A stretch of DNA of 50,565 nucleotides, counting the filler, from Sphacelaria rigidula (Eukaryota), in NCBI GenBank assembly GCA_964200075.2. It is 2 parts of 2 records of this genome, joined end to end, with 100 filler letters (N's around TTAATTAATTAA, not from the genome) between each part and the next. Parts side by side here need not be neighbours in the genome. Positions count along the whole stretch, not along the records: positions 1 to 25,244 come from CAXNAA020000171.1; positions 25,345 to 50,565 come from CAXNAA020000172.1. The stretch is one strand, 5' to 3'. Below are positions 24,887 to 37,779 of this stretch, in pieces. The stretch's first letter is position 1; each line of letters begins with the position of its first letter. The position numbers and the translations under genes were made by a program. The notes under the pieces are model-generated. The model did not search any database. It saw only the letters and a program-made list of their open reading frames with translations, and was not told the DNA's origin.

Positions 24887-25243
24887 CGTTAAATGACAGG
24901 GTCAGAAGAAATTCGGAACAACATTTTGCAGGCCATTCACCGGCCCACGTTTGGTGTTTGTGTATTGAAATCTTGTGTGGGCGCTCTCTCTAAGGCATAA
25001 TCAACAGAACAAAGTGGATCAGGTTGATTTTTTTCAATTTTTTCCACTGGTTTAGGGCGTTCTACTATGGTAAAGAGACTATATTTCACGAGAACGCCCC
25101 AAGCTCTGAAAAAATAAAAATGGAATGCCCATATATTTTTTTAATTCGGCACTCTTCTGTGGTTTTCCACACCAAAATTCGTCGCCATCCGCTAAATGCA
25201 TCGATTGGGAGTTTCATAGAGGACACTTTCTACAATAATAGCC

Positions 25244-25344
25244 CNNNNNNNNNNNNNNNNNNNNNNNNNNNNNNNNNNNNNNNNNNNNTTAATTAATTAA
25301 NNNNNNNNNNNNNNNNNNNNNNNNNNNNNNNNNNNNNNNNNNNN
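25244..25344. other. Assembly gap with artificial TTAATTAATTAA linker
   Basis: Two N runs flank ttaattaattaa (25289-25300), a spacer with stops in all six frames. Confidence 0.9.
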
Positions 25345-25410
25345 CACATATACCGAAAGGTGTAGACTGGTGCCCAGAATAAATGGGACGACAACACAAC
25401 AACACACACA
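25345..25410 (+). mobile_element. Second copy of the SINE/LINE-like 3' tail seen at 23230-23288
   Basis: ataccgaaaggtgtagactggtgcccagaataaatgggacgacaacacaac. Confidence 0.6.
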
Positions 25411-26965
25411 CTTCACATGCTGTAATCCCCCTCACCGAGGTGGTAATATTTCGACACATACGACACAAGCTGCTCGCTGTAGATAAAACGTGTAGCTACC
25501 AGGCTTCCACTTCCTGGCCTCGTGGACCCTTGTCACAAAAAAAAACAGGGATGAAGTAAATATAATCTATTGTGGGTTCTGTACTATTCCAACGCTAAAA
25601 TGGGGCCCGTTTGAGCTTCAACGACAGCTATTAGCTGATTCTACTCGCCTGTAAAGTTTCGGCGTTGCTACATTCGTCAGTAGTCAGGAATCCTGCTCTG
25701 TCGCGTGATGGCTTGTTGGAAAATGACTTTTGTGTTGTAAAAATTGCGACAATTTCTTTTAGCGGTGTATATTGATGATTTGTGAGCTGTACTGAGTGGG
25801 CTTGAGCCAGACTGCGATGAGCAAACATCTCTCAGCTCCACTTATATGCAACAGCTTTGTAGCGATTTAGTGTCGATCTAACCGTCTATACACTTGTTTA
25901 ACTCCCTCGCGTCTTCATTTTGATGGTAGTGGTGGGCAACGTGACACTAACCCGGTGTAAGACTAGGTACTGTACTGTTGTGTGGGGTGTTCGTTACACA
26001 AGTCATGTTACTAAAAACGCAGCTGATAAAAGGAGATCGGGGTCGCAGCTGCACAGTAGCTACAAGCTCAAGCACGGATCCGAGGCCCAGCGCTTGGTGA
26101 AGCTACTGCAGTACATAATCGGTGAGCTCAAACCATGTACCTGAAGCTTTTTCATATGCGATGCTGTTACATCGCACCAAGTGTAGAGGCCTAATATGTG
26201 CGTTGCAGCATATGCCAAGTTGGGCTGGGCTCCATAATCCACGGTAGTCTGTAGTCTGTCCGCACCTGTGTTGGCTGAGTTCAAATGTTCGTTGTTAACA
26301 TTTGTGAAAGCGCAGCAGATACGCGATGAAAAAACAAATGACCGCACAGGGCTCGCGTACTATGAAGGAAGAATGACAGGCAAGGGATCCGTCGAGCCAG
26401 CACCAGCACTCACTCATCCGGGCATAGTGGAGGAACTATTGCACATCGCAGACGGCACATTACATCAGTGCCTCCTCCGTTCAGATGATCCTCACTTGTC
26501 AAAACCCCGTACATGCATTGTAGGCTCAGCGGGGTCGTACATAGTGCACGCTGTCGCTCCAGACCAAGTCGCCCTATCTCACTGTATGGACTGTGCTGCG
26601 GATACTGGCCCTGCGTTATCATTGAGGTGGTCTTAGAGCTACTCGTCTGGTGTCACGCGACACACACGGATCACGAGTATTTCACGGTAAAATATTGTTC
26701 TGAAAATACCAGCGCCAGAACACGGTGTTGCGCATGGGTTAGTGTCACCTTTTCTACCACCTATATCAAAATCAACACGCGATGGAGTCAGCAGGCTTGA
26801 TGAAGCATGAAATCACAGTCATCTTGGCCTCCAACTACAGAAATCAGCAGTTTCCCCCTCTTGGAAGAACTCCAGCTCAGCTGCACTTATCGCAGCGCGC
26901 GAACTGACGATAGATGTTTCCCAACCGCAGGCAGAACAGATACTGACGCGAGTACGAGTATTGCA

Positions 26966-29213
26966 TGGGCGGGTTGAGTACGGTATACCCAATACTTGAT
27001 ATTTTTGGAAAGTCATACTCTCACGAGTGGTACCCGAACATTTGTGTAGATTTTTGATATCATACCAAACCTACCCAAATTTTGGGTAGAGTGCTTCGGA
27101 TCGTACCCAATCTATCCAATTTTTGGGTAAAGTATCGAGGTCATACGCAAGTGACTCTCTACACCCAGGTATGGCTGAGAGTACCTACCCAAATTTTGGA
27201 TGGAGTATCGAGATCGTACCCAATTTACCCAATTTTTGAGTAGAGTTTTGAGGTCACACCCAAGTGATATTCTATACCCACGTATTGCCGAGAGAACGTG
27301 CCCAAATTTGGTGGGGGACTTTTTTTTGGTCCCCAATCCACTCAAAATTCGGGTAGAGTATTTGAGGCCGTACTCAATCTACCTTGGGAAGATGAAAAAG
27401 TCGAGTTTTTTTCACCTCGTTTTCAAAAATGCATACATCACCCGACCTGTGCTTAGTCGATCGGAAACATACGGAGGAAAGGCACAAAGGGGCACTTGAC
27501 TCCCTCCCTGCAGACCACCACGCCAGATACTACCTGTTCATAAAACAGTGCAAACCCCACACAACTTATTCTCAGCTACTACCGCAACCCTGCATACCAT
27601 GGACAGCAGAATACACAGCGAAAAAGTGTACTGCGTACAGTATCGGCTATTGCGCGTACTGCAACGGACAATATATTCCTTACTGCACACATCACACTTT
27701 TTGACAATATAATCAATTGTCCAGGGTGTGCAACTCTGCACCACACAGCACGAGCTGGGCACAGGAACAGATATTCGTCAGTAGTTGCGTATATTGTGTT
27801 TATTTTGTTGTTGTCGACAACTTGAGCATCTTCCTCCACGGCAGAGATCGGCGGCGGAACTGCGTGGGAGAGTGGACAACCGACTTGTATACACACATGG
27901 ATAGTGCAGGCATTACGAAGCTGTACGTTGTTCAAATCCTTTTCACGTCGTACTGTAAGCAGAGAGTACAGATAGTCGTGCACTATCTGCTCTGCACGCT
28001 GCCCGCTTCTCTCATATCCTACTGTACGAAACACCCCCCCCCCCCCCACACACACACACTCAGGCACACTGTATGCATACAGCGCAGATAGTACAGTACT
28101 ATACTGTGGACAAGCGAGTAATTACCGCTTCAAGAATTTCAATGTCTTTTGTCTTCAAAAGCTCGCGAATTCGCTCGGACCTTACTCGGGAAATGAACGA
28201 ATTCGCCCGAACCAACTGCACCGCACTTTCTTCTCGATAAAATGATGTGCTGGGACGCGGCTTACCCAATATTTGGGTGGACATGACATGTTACCCGATC
28301 TACCAAAAAATTGGGTAGAGTATTTTAGATCGTACCCAAATCACCCAATATTTTGGTAAGAGTATTGGGGTCATACCCACGTGATGCTATATACCCAGGT
28401 ATTTGCTGAGAGTGCCTACTCCATATTTGGCTGAAGTGTTGAGGCCACAACTACGTGATACTCTATGGCCGCTTCTCATAGTCTGAAAACGGGCACTCTG
28501 AAAACTGCCCTTCTTGAGTCTTTCATGGCAGAGTTTTGGCGTAATACGGGCCTTGGCGGATTTGGCCTCCTCTGCAAGATTTTCCATGTTTTCTACGAGG
28601 ATTCTAGCACACTTGTATGATTTTTCGTAGGCCCAGCTTTACTTTCTGCCGGATTCCCGACTTTTTCAGTCGCCCCAAAAATCGTCCAGTTGTCGGGGAA
28701 AGCACGTTTTTGGCTCGACAACGCGGAGATTTTTGGGGCGGCTGAAAAATCGGAAACCCAGCTAAAAGTAAAACTGGGCGTACGAAAAATGTAAAAAGTA
28801 CGCTAGAGTCTTCGTGAACAACATAGAAAATCTTTCAGGGGAGGCTCAATCCGCCAAGGTCCGTATTCCGTCAAATATTTGCGACAAGAGGCTCACAAAG
28901 GGCACTTCTCGGACAGCCTATTTTCAGACAAAAAAAAGCGGCCCTATACCCAGGTATTGCTTATGGTGCTTACCCAATAGCTATATAGAGAATTTGACGT
29001 AGTACTCGATTTCTGTATTACTTGGGTAGAGTATTTGAGGTGGTACCCAATCTACCCAAGATTTGGGTAGAGTATTTGAGATCGTAGGCAGTCTACCCAT
29101 AAATTGGGCCGAGTATTTGAGGCCGTACCCAATCTACCCAACTCTTATGCGAAGGAAATTCCCCGGTATTTCACCCGAGTATTTTAGAGTACATACCCTA
29201 CCCGTCCTGCCCT
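26966..29213. mobile_element. Non-autonomous DNA transposon with subterminal tandem repeats of about 41 bp
   Basis: Degenerate TIRs gggcgggttgagtacggtat versus reverse complement gggcaggacgggtagggtat (15/20). Arrays of gggtagagtatttgagatcgtacccaatctacccaa at about 27000-27390 and 28260-29200. Confidence 0.6.
28466..28944. mobile_element. Palindromic Tc1/mariner-type MITE with TA TSD, nested in the previous element
   Basis: The whole element is an imperfect palindrome, as shown by the mirrored ORF-track peptides ENLAEEAKSAKARI and ENLSGEAQSAKVRI. It is flanked by TA on both sides and interrupts the host motif gtgatactcTAtacccaggtat. Confidence 0.85.
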
Positions 29214-29254
29214 TACTCTACAACGCGATTGGGCGAAACTCGCGCGGTTTCGAT

Positions 29255-30210
29255 TTTGATTGATCGATTGTCGCACTTTAACTGATCCCCCAGGGGTCCA
29301 GCGATGGTCTTATGATGAACGTACCCGAGGAAAACATAACAAAGTGAAACACTCGCCAACGAAAAGAAGGAACCGAAAAGGAACAAAATAGTCGAGCAGA
29401 ACGACATCGTAGACTAAGATGTAAAAAAAAATAATGATATGACAAAAGTCAACAAAAGTGAAGCACACAAAGAAATGGCCGACCTAAAACAATAAAAAAA
29501 AAGAAAAGAGGAAAACATGAAGCAAGCAGAGTAAAATAAAATAAAATCATGAAAAAAATGAAGAAAGCTCGAGGGATTCAGGGCAGCAGAGTAGATACAG
29601 GTACACACCAGTGGGCACCGCAGAGTCACCGACTAAGGACATAGTCCACAACCGACATGAGCAGACAGGGTTCTGCCATTGGCAACCCTCGACGCAGCAG
29701 CCTCTCGCTCGTGATGGCGGTCTGATTCTCGCTTGCCCGCGCGTCGCCACGTGTCCTCAAACTCTTCTGCTCCCTTTTCGACTCCAATATGCCATTTGCC
29801 CATGTTCTTCGCCGCAGTGACCCAATCGTATGCATGGTTAACCTCTACACCGTAGACGAACCACTTCCATCGGGCTCCTTTATGCGGCAAAGGCCGTAGC
29901 GCAAGTATGTTCTCCTGTAGGATATCCTCCCATTGCTTGGGGGGGCGGCCGGCCTCCTCGGGTCCTCGTGTGGAAAGCCGACCGTTCATGACGCGCTTGG
30001 AAAGGCGTGTGTCCTTCTGCCGGACAAGGGCTCCCGCGAACCAGAGTTGACGTTTCCTGATGGTCGTCTCGGTTTGTTCGCAGTTGGTCATCTCGAGCTC
30101 CGCTCACTTCGACAGAGTCTTGTAGCCGTTTCGATCGTGCCTGCGGAATCCAACCACTCGCAGCAAGAGTTTATGATGGGCAGTGCGCAGACTGTCGAAA
30201 GTCCTCAGAA
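29255..30210 (-). mobile_element. 5'-truncated RTE-clade LINE (C-terminus of ORF plus 3' UTR)
   Basis: FDSLRTAHHKLLLRVVGFRR...*...ETTIRKRQLWFAGALVRQKDTRLSKRVMNGRL..GRPPKQWEDIL is typical post-RT RTE sequence. It has an in-frame stop, a T-rich 3' UTR and a tcgatcaatc tail. Confidence 0.85.
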
Positions 30211-33200
30211 AAGCTGTATTGAGTAATAATAGGTTATCACTTTACACACAAATAGTTAATGCTAGAAGCTGTCGGTCAAAGTGAAGATTGTGCGCTTAGA
30301 CCGTTTGGGGGGGCGACAAGTCCGTGCTTGAAGAAATCTGAGGATTTCAGTCCGTCTGCGCGCGATTTTCTCCCGTGGATTGATTTTTCGAACCCCAGCC
30401 CGGTGAACAGTGTTCCTCGGCTAGTTGTGACGAAAGCAATCAATTCTTCGATTCTCTGGAGGTTGAAAATTGGTGTGTCACCCCTTTGCTCAAATCAAGT
30501 CACTCCAGAATATATGTGGGCGAGGGACGGACTTGGGCCGCAAATCTGTTTGTTGTTTACTCATATCCGGGAGTTTCTCGATTTTAGCAAAAAGGTGACC
30601 CGACAGGGGTTAAAGTGCGGAGAATTGGAGAATTTGTATCCCTTTTCTCACTGGTGACCGAGAAACATTTCCCAGGGACTGGATTCCGAAAAAGACATCC
30701 ATGGGAAAAAATCGCCTGCGGAAGGACTGAAATCCCCAGATTTGTGCAAGGACAGATTCGCGATCATGGAAAACTGTGTTCGGCCTTACAAAATAATATG
30801 TTTTTTTCAGCTCGCTGTTTCGTGTTTACCCTAGGGCATTTTCACTTTGTTCCAGGCCATCTGTTGATTTTTCGAGCTCAATACACTGGGAAACTCACTA
30901 AGAGCCCACAACTTCACTCGCGGGACAGCTCATGAGCTTCCTGAAAATTACTTCTTGTTCGTGTGCTGATCCGGATCATGAGCTAGCTCCTTCGGGCCCT
31001 TTCCCGAACTTTTCAAAAACAGGGGAGAAGCTGCCATTTTTTTATAACTTAACCAAGGGTCTGTTATAAATATATTTCGGGACACGTAGGCCCCAAGATC
31101 AAAGCAGGGCAATCTATTGAAAATAATGTTTCGGCCAAGAGCTCTGGAATGGTCTCAGCGAGTAGAACAAGTCAATACAAGGTGTCACGATCCGCTGACC
31201 CCTTTTTTCGGGGCAAGAACGACGGAGAAGGGTCAAAGAAGCACTTTTCAACAAGTTATATTTTTCGATACATAAGAAGTGGCCTAACAAAGGAAAAGGA
31301 AAAAAGGAAATTGGGAGCGCGATGCAAAGCAGAGCAATCTAGTATACATACTCCTGTTGCAGCGTAGGCGGGGGCCGTTACTTTGGCGTATCCGATACAG
31401 GCTGTCACTTCGTAGGCTTTGATCTCATGGCGTATCTCATCCTGCGCTTTGTGCTGTACGTTTCCACGACACCACCTCTATACTGCGGGTTGATCATGCC
31501 TGAACGTTGCACACCCGTACTTCGTGCTGCGTGAGGTGCATTACTCCGGCTGGCGCTATCGCGTTCGGAACGTCTGTCCTCGTGGGCGGCGTTGGGGCTT
31601 CATGCAATGATATTACAAACCTTTTGGCTTCTTGCATTGAAGACCGTACCATTGTTGTTCAGTTATCGTGGACTGTAGTGAAGTGTGTTCACTGACTGAA
31701 GTTTTGGTTGGGTTAGGCTGGTTGCGGAAGGCTGCCCCGGTCGGTTGTCGTCCGTTTCCCACTGTGCCGCCTGTCTGGACGCTGGCAATCACGTCCGCTT
31801 GATGTCTTCCACATAATCCTGTGTGCCTCACAGCATTTTCTCTTGCTGCGGTTACTGTGCTAACGTTCGGTAAGCGAGCGGGGGGGCCGGTGTGCGCCGG
31901 GGGGCAATGGGCCGCCCCAACCGCTCTTGCAGCTTTTTCAGCGAAACGCCTGGCAGCGTCCTGGCCGAGCTTCTCAGCCACCTCTTCCNNNNNNNNNNAA
32001 CGTGAATTGCACACTGGCCGCTCTTCGGCGCTTTCACTTGTGGCGACGGGATCTCCACTTGCTCCGCCATATCATTGTCGCCGTATAGTGTGGCTTCCTA
32101 CGCTCGCCAAGTCTTGATGATGCAGCCCACCAAAAGGGTGCACCACTTTTATTTCAAGTATACCAGTGGGCCACTCTGAGTTCAAGTACACTGATGTGAC
32201 ATATCCGCGCACCGAACTCAAAGTGAGGTGTTTTCCACTGACAAAAAATCACGTATATGGGAGTTTGTAATATTTTGCAAGAGTTTTTTCGATGCATACA
32301 ATTGGACACATTTTCGATACACACGATTGGACACATTTCGCCCGTCGCGTGACATCATTGGACAAACCCAACCCGACCGCTCCGGGGTTTCATTTTCGGT
32401 ACATCTGTGACGTATTCCTCTGAAGTCTCTCCCTTGATCTTTCACACTAGTTTCTGTTTCCGTGTTTTTCCTTTGTGAAAACTTGAAATAATGAGGCGTC
32501 TGGCCCGGAGACGGGAGGGGAGGGCTCCAAAAGGGTTAACCAGCCTTTTTCCGGGTCGGGACCCACCCATGGGGGTGATTTTGTAGGAAACGTTCGGCGA
32601 AGTGGCCAAAGTGAAGGACCCGTTAAAAATCAGGTGAAGAACTGGACCATTTGGCATGTCCTGATTTGCTGTACTGCAGCACAACCACGCTCATGCTCTC
32701 TATCACGTGCTAGAGCTATCACTGTTCTGTGGTGTGTTGAGACCTTACGAAGACGGTTTGGTCTCCGCTGGGATTGCCCGAGCTGCTGTATTGTCGTTGT
32801 GTTCGTTTTTGTGTAAAATAGTGTCAGTCGGCAGGCAGTGCTGTTTGCACGTTAAACTTTCGTGGTGTACTGGCTGTTTCATCCTCCGTGACACAAGCGA
32901 GGTGCTGCCCAGACCCAGAATTTGCGAGAAGCCAAGCATGGCTGGGTGAGGACACACAACCGGCGCCGATATACACCGCTCGACCGGCTTGGTCAGACCT
33001 CGTGCCCGGCTGAAAGGAGCAACCCGCAGCACAGGGCGGGCATACTACACTGCCAGAATACTGATGGCACGCGGCAACATGACGGTCGCCGCTGCGGCTC
33101 GAGGCCACGGGAAGACAAAACCAGAAATACGAGGATGGGGATATACCGATAGACGAGCATCGCTTTGAATCCCTGCGGCGGTAATGTACCACTCGCCGTT

Positions 33201-35099
33201 TGCTTGTGTGCTTGCTGCTTCGCTTCTCCTCTGCTGTTCTGTCCGTCCCGGCGCGGCTACTGTATACATTAATGTACTGTCTGTAGTACGTACACCGCAG
33301 ATGTGACTCAAGTCTGCGAGCCGATCACCAGCATTTATCACTGCACGATTCACTACTAAGGTCACATGTCATTGGCGCTACATCCCCCTGATTCCTTACT
33401 GGATGGCCTGTGATTCGCTGAAGTTTTCATTTCACTACAAAGGTCAACCCCCATGTATTAGCGGGGTGCCCCTCTTCTCATTTCGGAAAGCCAGTACGAC
33501 ATGTTAGTCCGTGTCGAGCGCGGGCCGTGTACTTTGTCTAAATTCAATGACGCTTGGATCTCCTGGTATTCGCAATGTTATCCGACTTGTGCTGCGTTGC
33601 TTTACTTGCGGGATGTATGTATGTATTTCCGTCCAAGCTTTTGCGGTGGGTTGTCCATCGTCTGGGCGTGGGATACACGTTTTTCTCGTTCCAGGAGCTC
33701 CAACAGCACCGGAAAAGATTTCTGCATTCGGTGTAAGGACAGCGGTACCCAGAACGTAGCTGCATAGGCACACTTTTACTGGAATAAAGTCAAGTGGGAT
33801 CTCCTGCCATTTTTTTCGGCGCGTTATCGAAGTTCAACCAGGGTGGCCTCTCGACGAGGCGCATGTAATTCAGCCAAACCTTCTTCTGTAAAGTGCCGAT
33901 AATCCTATTGGTAGGGTTGCATGCATTGCCTTTGCGAGGTAGGGAACGGTGCAGAAGAAGAGCGGCAAAAGGGGTATTCGCCACATTGAGAGTCTAGAAC
34001 GTGATTGAAAGCCTAGCAATTGATTGAGAGTCTAGAGAATTAGTGAGAGTAGGACTCGAAAGAACAGGAAACCCTGATTCATTCGTCGACTGGGGGTTCT
34101 TGGAAAATACTTTGCCGAGCCAGGAGAAGACCGTGGAATGAATTCAGTGTAAATCTCCATTGCATTGGCCTCGTTAATCAGCAGCAATCTAGAACTCCAG
34201 AGTTTTAGAAATGGTCGCGTCGTGCGTGAAACAGTTTCACTGCCGCAATGTTACTCGAAGCTTTCCTTTCACGAGGTCCTATATCCTTTCTGTAGCAGCC
34301 TGCTACGGAAGCCTCTGATAATCCTACTACGAATATCAACGAACGAGACAGTTACAGGGGAGAAGACCCACACCAAAGTGAAAATTGGTCAGATTGAAGC
34401 AAATGGAAAACGTCACTCCCAATCAAATGCTAGACTTGATCAGCCGAGAAGCTAGTTGGCAGTCTGTCGCAATATGACGTAGGTGGTCTGCGGAGGGGGG
34501 TGAGGAAAACCGAAGCAGCGACACCCTTGGCCCTCCCTCATCCCACACCACCTTTTTTTTGCTAGAGGGCTTCGAGTCGTGTTTTCCAATCATTTTCACA
34601 CTCAGTCATACTCGCCACGCGCTACGATAGCTTGCTCTGAAGAAATAGGGGGCCAAGTGTGTACAGTGGCGTACAGCCCGAAATCTCGCGATATCCGTTA
34701 TTTTTCACGAAACTGCGGACGATTCTAAAAACTGTAATTAGAAAAGAAATCGACAACGGGCGCGACATCAGCAGACCTGATTCAATCAGGCGAATAGCAT
34801 AACTCATCAAGGGGATCGTCTCCGCCAAAATAACTATTCCGCGAATGCCGTACCACGCACAGGGGAGAGTGGCAGACGAAAAGGCTTTTTTTGGTGGCTC
34901 TTATGTGCAGCTTGTTTCGAGGGTGGTGTCATTCTCCGAATACCAGTCTATATGTCATCGGTTTCCTCGTCAGACCTTCGTCTGGTGGTGGGGTTTGTAT
35001 ATTGTCGGGGAGCGATGCCTGAGGGATCAACTTGCCCCTCCCATGCAGTATAGCTGCCAAATCCACAGCTGCTTACAACAGAAAAAATATCGTGGAAAA

Positions 35100-35272
35100 A
35101 GGACGATGCGGGATGGGTTGTCCCATCCCGTCGTTTTTGATGGAGACGGCTTCCCGTCCCATCTCGTCCCGTCCCGTGCCGTCCCGTGCCGTCCCGACAT
35201 ACTTCCAACTTTTTCATCATGTCCCGTCGTTTTCCGGAGAAAAGTAAATCGTTCCCGTTCCATCCCGACCCG
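35100..35272. repeat. (GTCCC/GGGAC)n-rich interspersed repeat fragment
   Basis: Multiple cccgt/gtccc pentamers in both orientations. Confidence 0.6.
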
Positions 35273-37779
35273 GCATGTTGTACTTCATGCTTTTATTTTT
35301 TCGTGTTGATTCTCCGTCCTCCCCACTGTCTCGCTGGATGTCATTGCTGTATCTCTCGGCTAGTGTTTCGATTTTTGTTTTATTTTGTCACTTGCTATAC
35401 CACTTACAATGGGGTCTGGTGTGGGAAGCGTCGGCGGCGTGCTCCGCGTTAAGAGACGGACAGGCGGGTTGTGCAACCTCGGAATGACTCGCTCTACAAT
35501 CTGAGAGCATGTCAGCAGTAGCTGACGATTTTTGGTGTGTGCAGTTTGACTCCGGTCAAGGGGGAAACAAAAGCAAGTAAACTTTGGTATATCGATCAAC
35601 CATGTTGATCTTGTATGTATTTTCGAGACCCCGGAAGGTTTGTACATCATCACTTTCATTTTCGCGCCCAGAGTCAAAGTGCACGCACCAGAGCTCGTCA
35701 AGGTGTCCTGGAATCCGGTCAGATGATGGAGCACATCATTCCCAGACAGAATAATCCGTCCGGCCTTCTACTCAGGCGCAGAACGTTAGCGAAGGGTCAA
35801 AATAGGCAGTCTTGATCGGCTTGCACTCACGGCCCCACAAGAAGTCGTCCTTTGATATTTCTCCCATTTTCTTTACACCTTCTGCTCCGAACTGCTCGGC
35901 TTTGCTCTGGCTTTGCCCTTTCGTGAGGCGTCGACGTCTCCTTTCTCGACCCCTGTTTGTTTCTCTCTGTCTTCCCTTCTATCTTTGGTGTTATGTCTTT
36001 CTCTGGTAGCAGCTGCGCCTATCGATGTATCTTCATGTCCTGGTAGATGTGTATTTTACTGCTCTCTCTCTCGGTGATTACATGGTTGGACCCTGCTGTG
36101 GCGCTTCTTAGATGTTTTCCGTCCGAGATAATCTCTTGATTGTGTATTTCTTGCAGAGGGGAGTAAGCTGCTCAGAGTGTTCCCGTCCGAGCTCATGTTT
36201 CGATCGTGTGTTTCTTTCAGAGGGGACACACTTCAGCCTGCAGCTCGCTACCGCAGTGAAATACTCCCCACCGGAGAGGAAATAGTTATTACTTGCGTGG
36301 TTACCCCGGAACGGTACCTTTCGACTGCGGATTTGAATAATCTGGCTAATGCGATGGAGAGATGGAAAGAAATGACACCCATTCGCATCCTGATGGGACA
36401 TGCCGTCAAGGAAACAGGGAATTGGTCCAAACTCGCGGGGAATCGACGATAACGTTGAGGTTTTTTCGAACCCGTACCGGAAAAGTTGAATGCTGAAAAA
36501 ATGAAACCTAACTGAGCCACTCAGTATCAATCACAAGAACACGCGTCGCTCGAAATAATGACCACGCTCATACAAAATCTGTGACTGACGTTGCTGTACA
36601 CATGTACACAGTGTTACAACAACAGGAGGATACAAGTTGCTGCTCGTGTTGTTATTGTGCACCTTTTGTCGCACTTTGTTGTTGTGCCTATCTTTCAACG
36701 CGGCTAACTCGGCAACCAAGCAGAGGATTGGACTGCGGTTTGATTCGTGCGCTTCCCACAAACCGGAACTAGCGACTATAGGGACGGTTTTCCGGAACGC
36801 GCACTGCAGAGGTCGCAGCACTCTGCAAACCGATGCACCAAACCCAAAATGTACATACAAATGCGTTTCCATTAACGCTGTGGGGCTTTTCGGATCCTCT
36901 GTGGCGAATTGGTCAAATCGGCCAGTTTGTGTGCGGGGGGGTGTGAAGTGCCACAGGCCGGTTTGCTTCTTGTGTCGAGGACGAGGCGATGAAACAACTA
37001 CAGCTGTCGCATACCAAATCTATGTAGCTTGGATAGAGCGTGTGTTCTGTTCAGCAGAAGTTCGGCACAGGTCCTAACAGCTCATGGCGTCTTCATTATG
37101 CCTCCGCGTTTTTTTTTTATGTTTTTTTGCCCACGGATTTCTGGTCGCTAGGGCCTTAATTCACTGGCATAACTGACGAAAACGTCATATGCGGTATACA
37201 ACATATATTTACTGAACAATACACTGACGCAAATGCAAGTCGGTATGTAATAAGCGAACAACGGGTAGACCGATTTCGGGATGTAATTTGTATCGGTCGT
37301 GCATATAGCCGGTCACGTATGACTTCGAGGTCTGTTATTCGCAAAGCATGCTCCTTTTGGAGTTGCACCAACACATACCGTATGTGTACAACTTTACATG
37401 CCGGACAAGCGCAATATGTATTAACCGCGCATCTGTTTCACGCCCGAAATGGGCAATATATTGCCGGCGCAATACGTTGTGCGTACGTGAGTGCCTTTAA
37501 AGTTGGACGTAAATGAGTGCAGTATGTATGTTGGGCGTGGGATATACGGGTGGGCCCATAGGTGCAACATGTGCCGACGAGAAATCTACGTCGTGTGTCG
37601 GGTGTAACCTATCGACAAGCCTCCAAAATGTTTTCCCCTCATACGTCCTCAGTTTGTACTGTTGCTACGCTATATCGACGGCCCGCGGAGTGCACTATGT
37701 AAGGATAATATAATAATACCCCTTTTTTGTTCGTGCTCGACATATCTTGTTCCATCACTATTTTTTATTGAATTGTTTT

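Noticed and set aside
25289-25300. Perfect palindrome TTAATTAATTAA
   Set aside because: Centred between N runs; an artificial scaffolding linker.
26268-26640. 122-aa ORF and its antisense frames
   Set aside because: No recognisable motif, no convincing splice context, and stops in the alternative frames.
27000-29200. Repeats of about 41 bp as a CRISPR array
   Set aside because: Degenerate contiguous tandem units without unique spacers, lying inside TIR-like ends.
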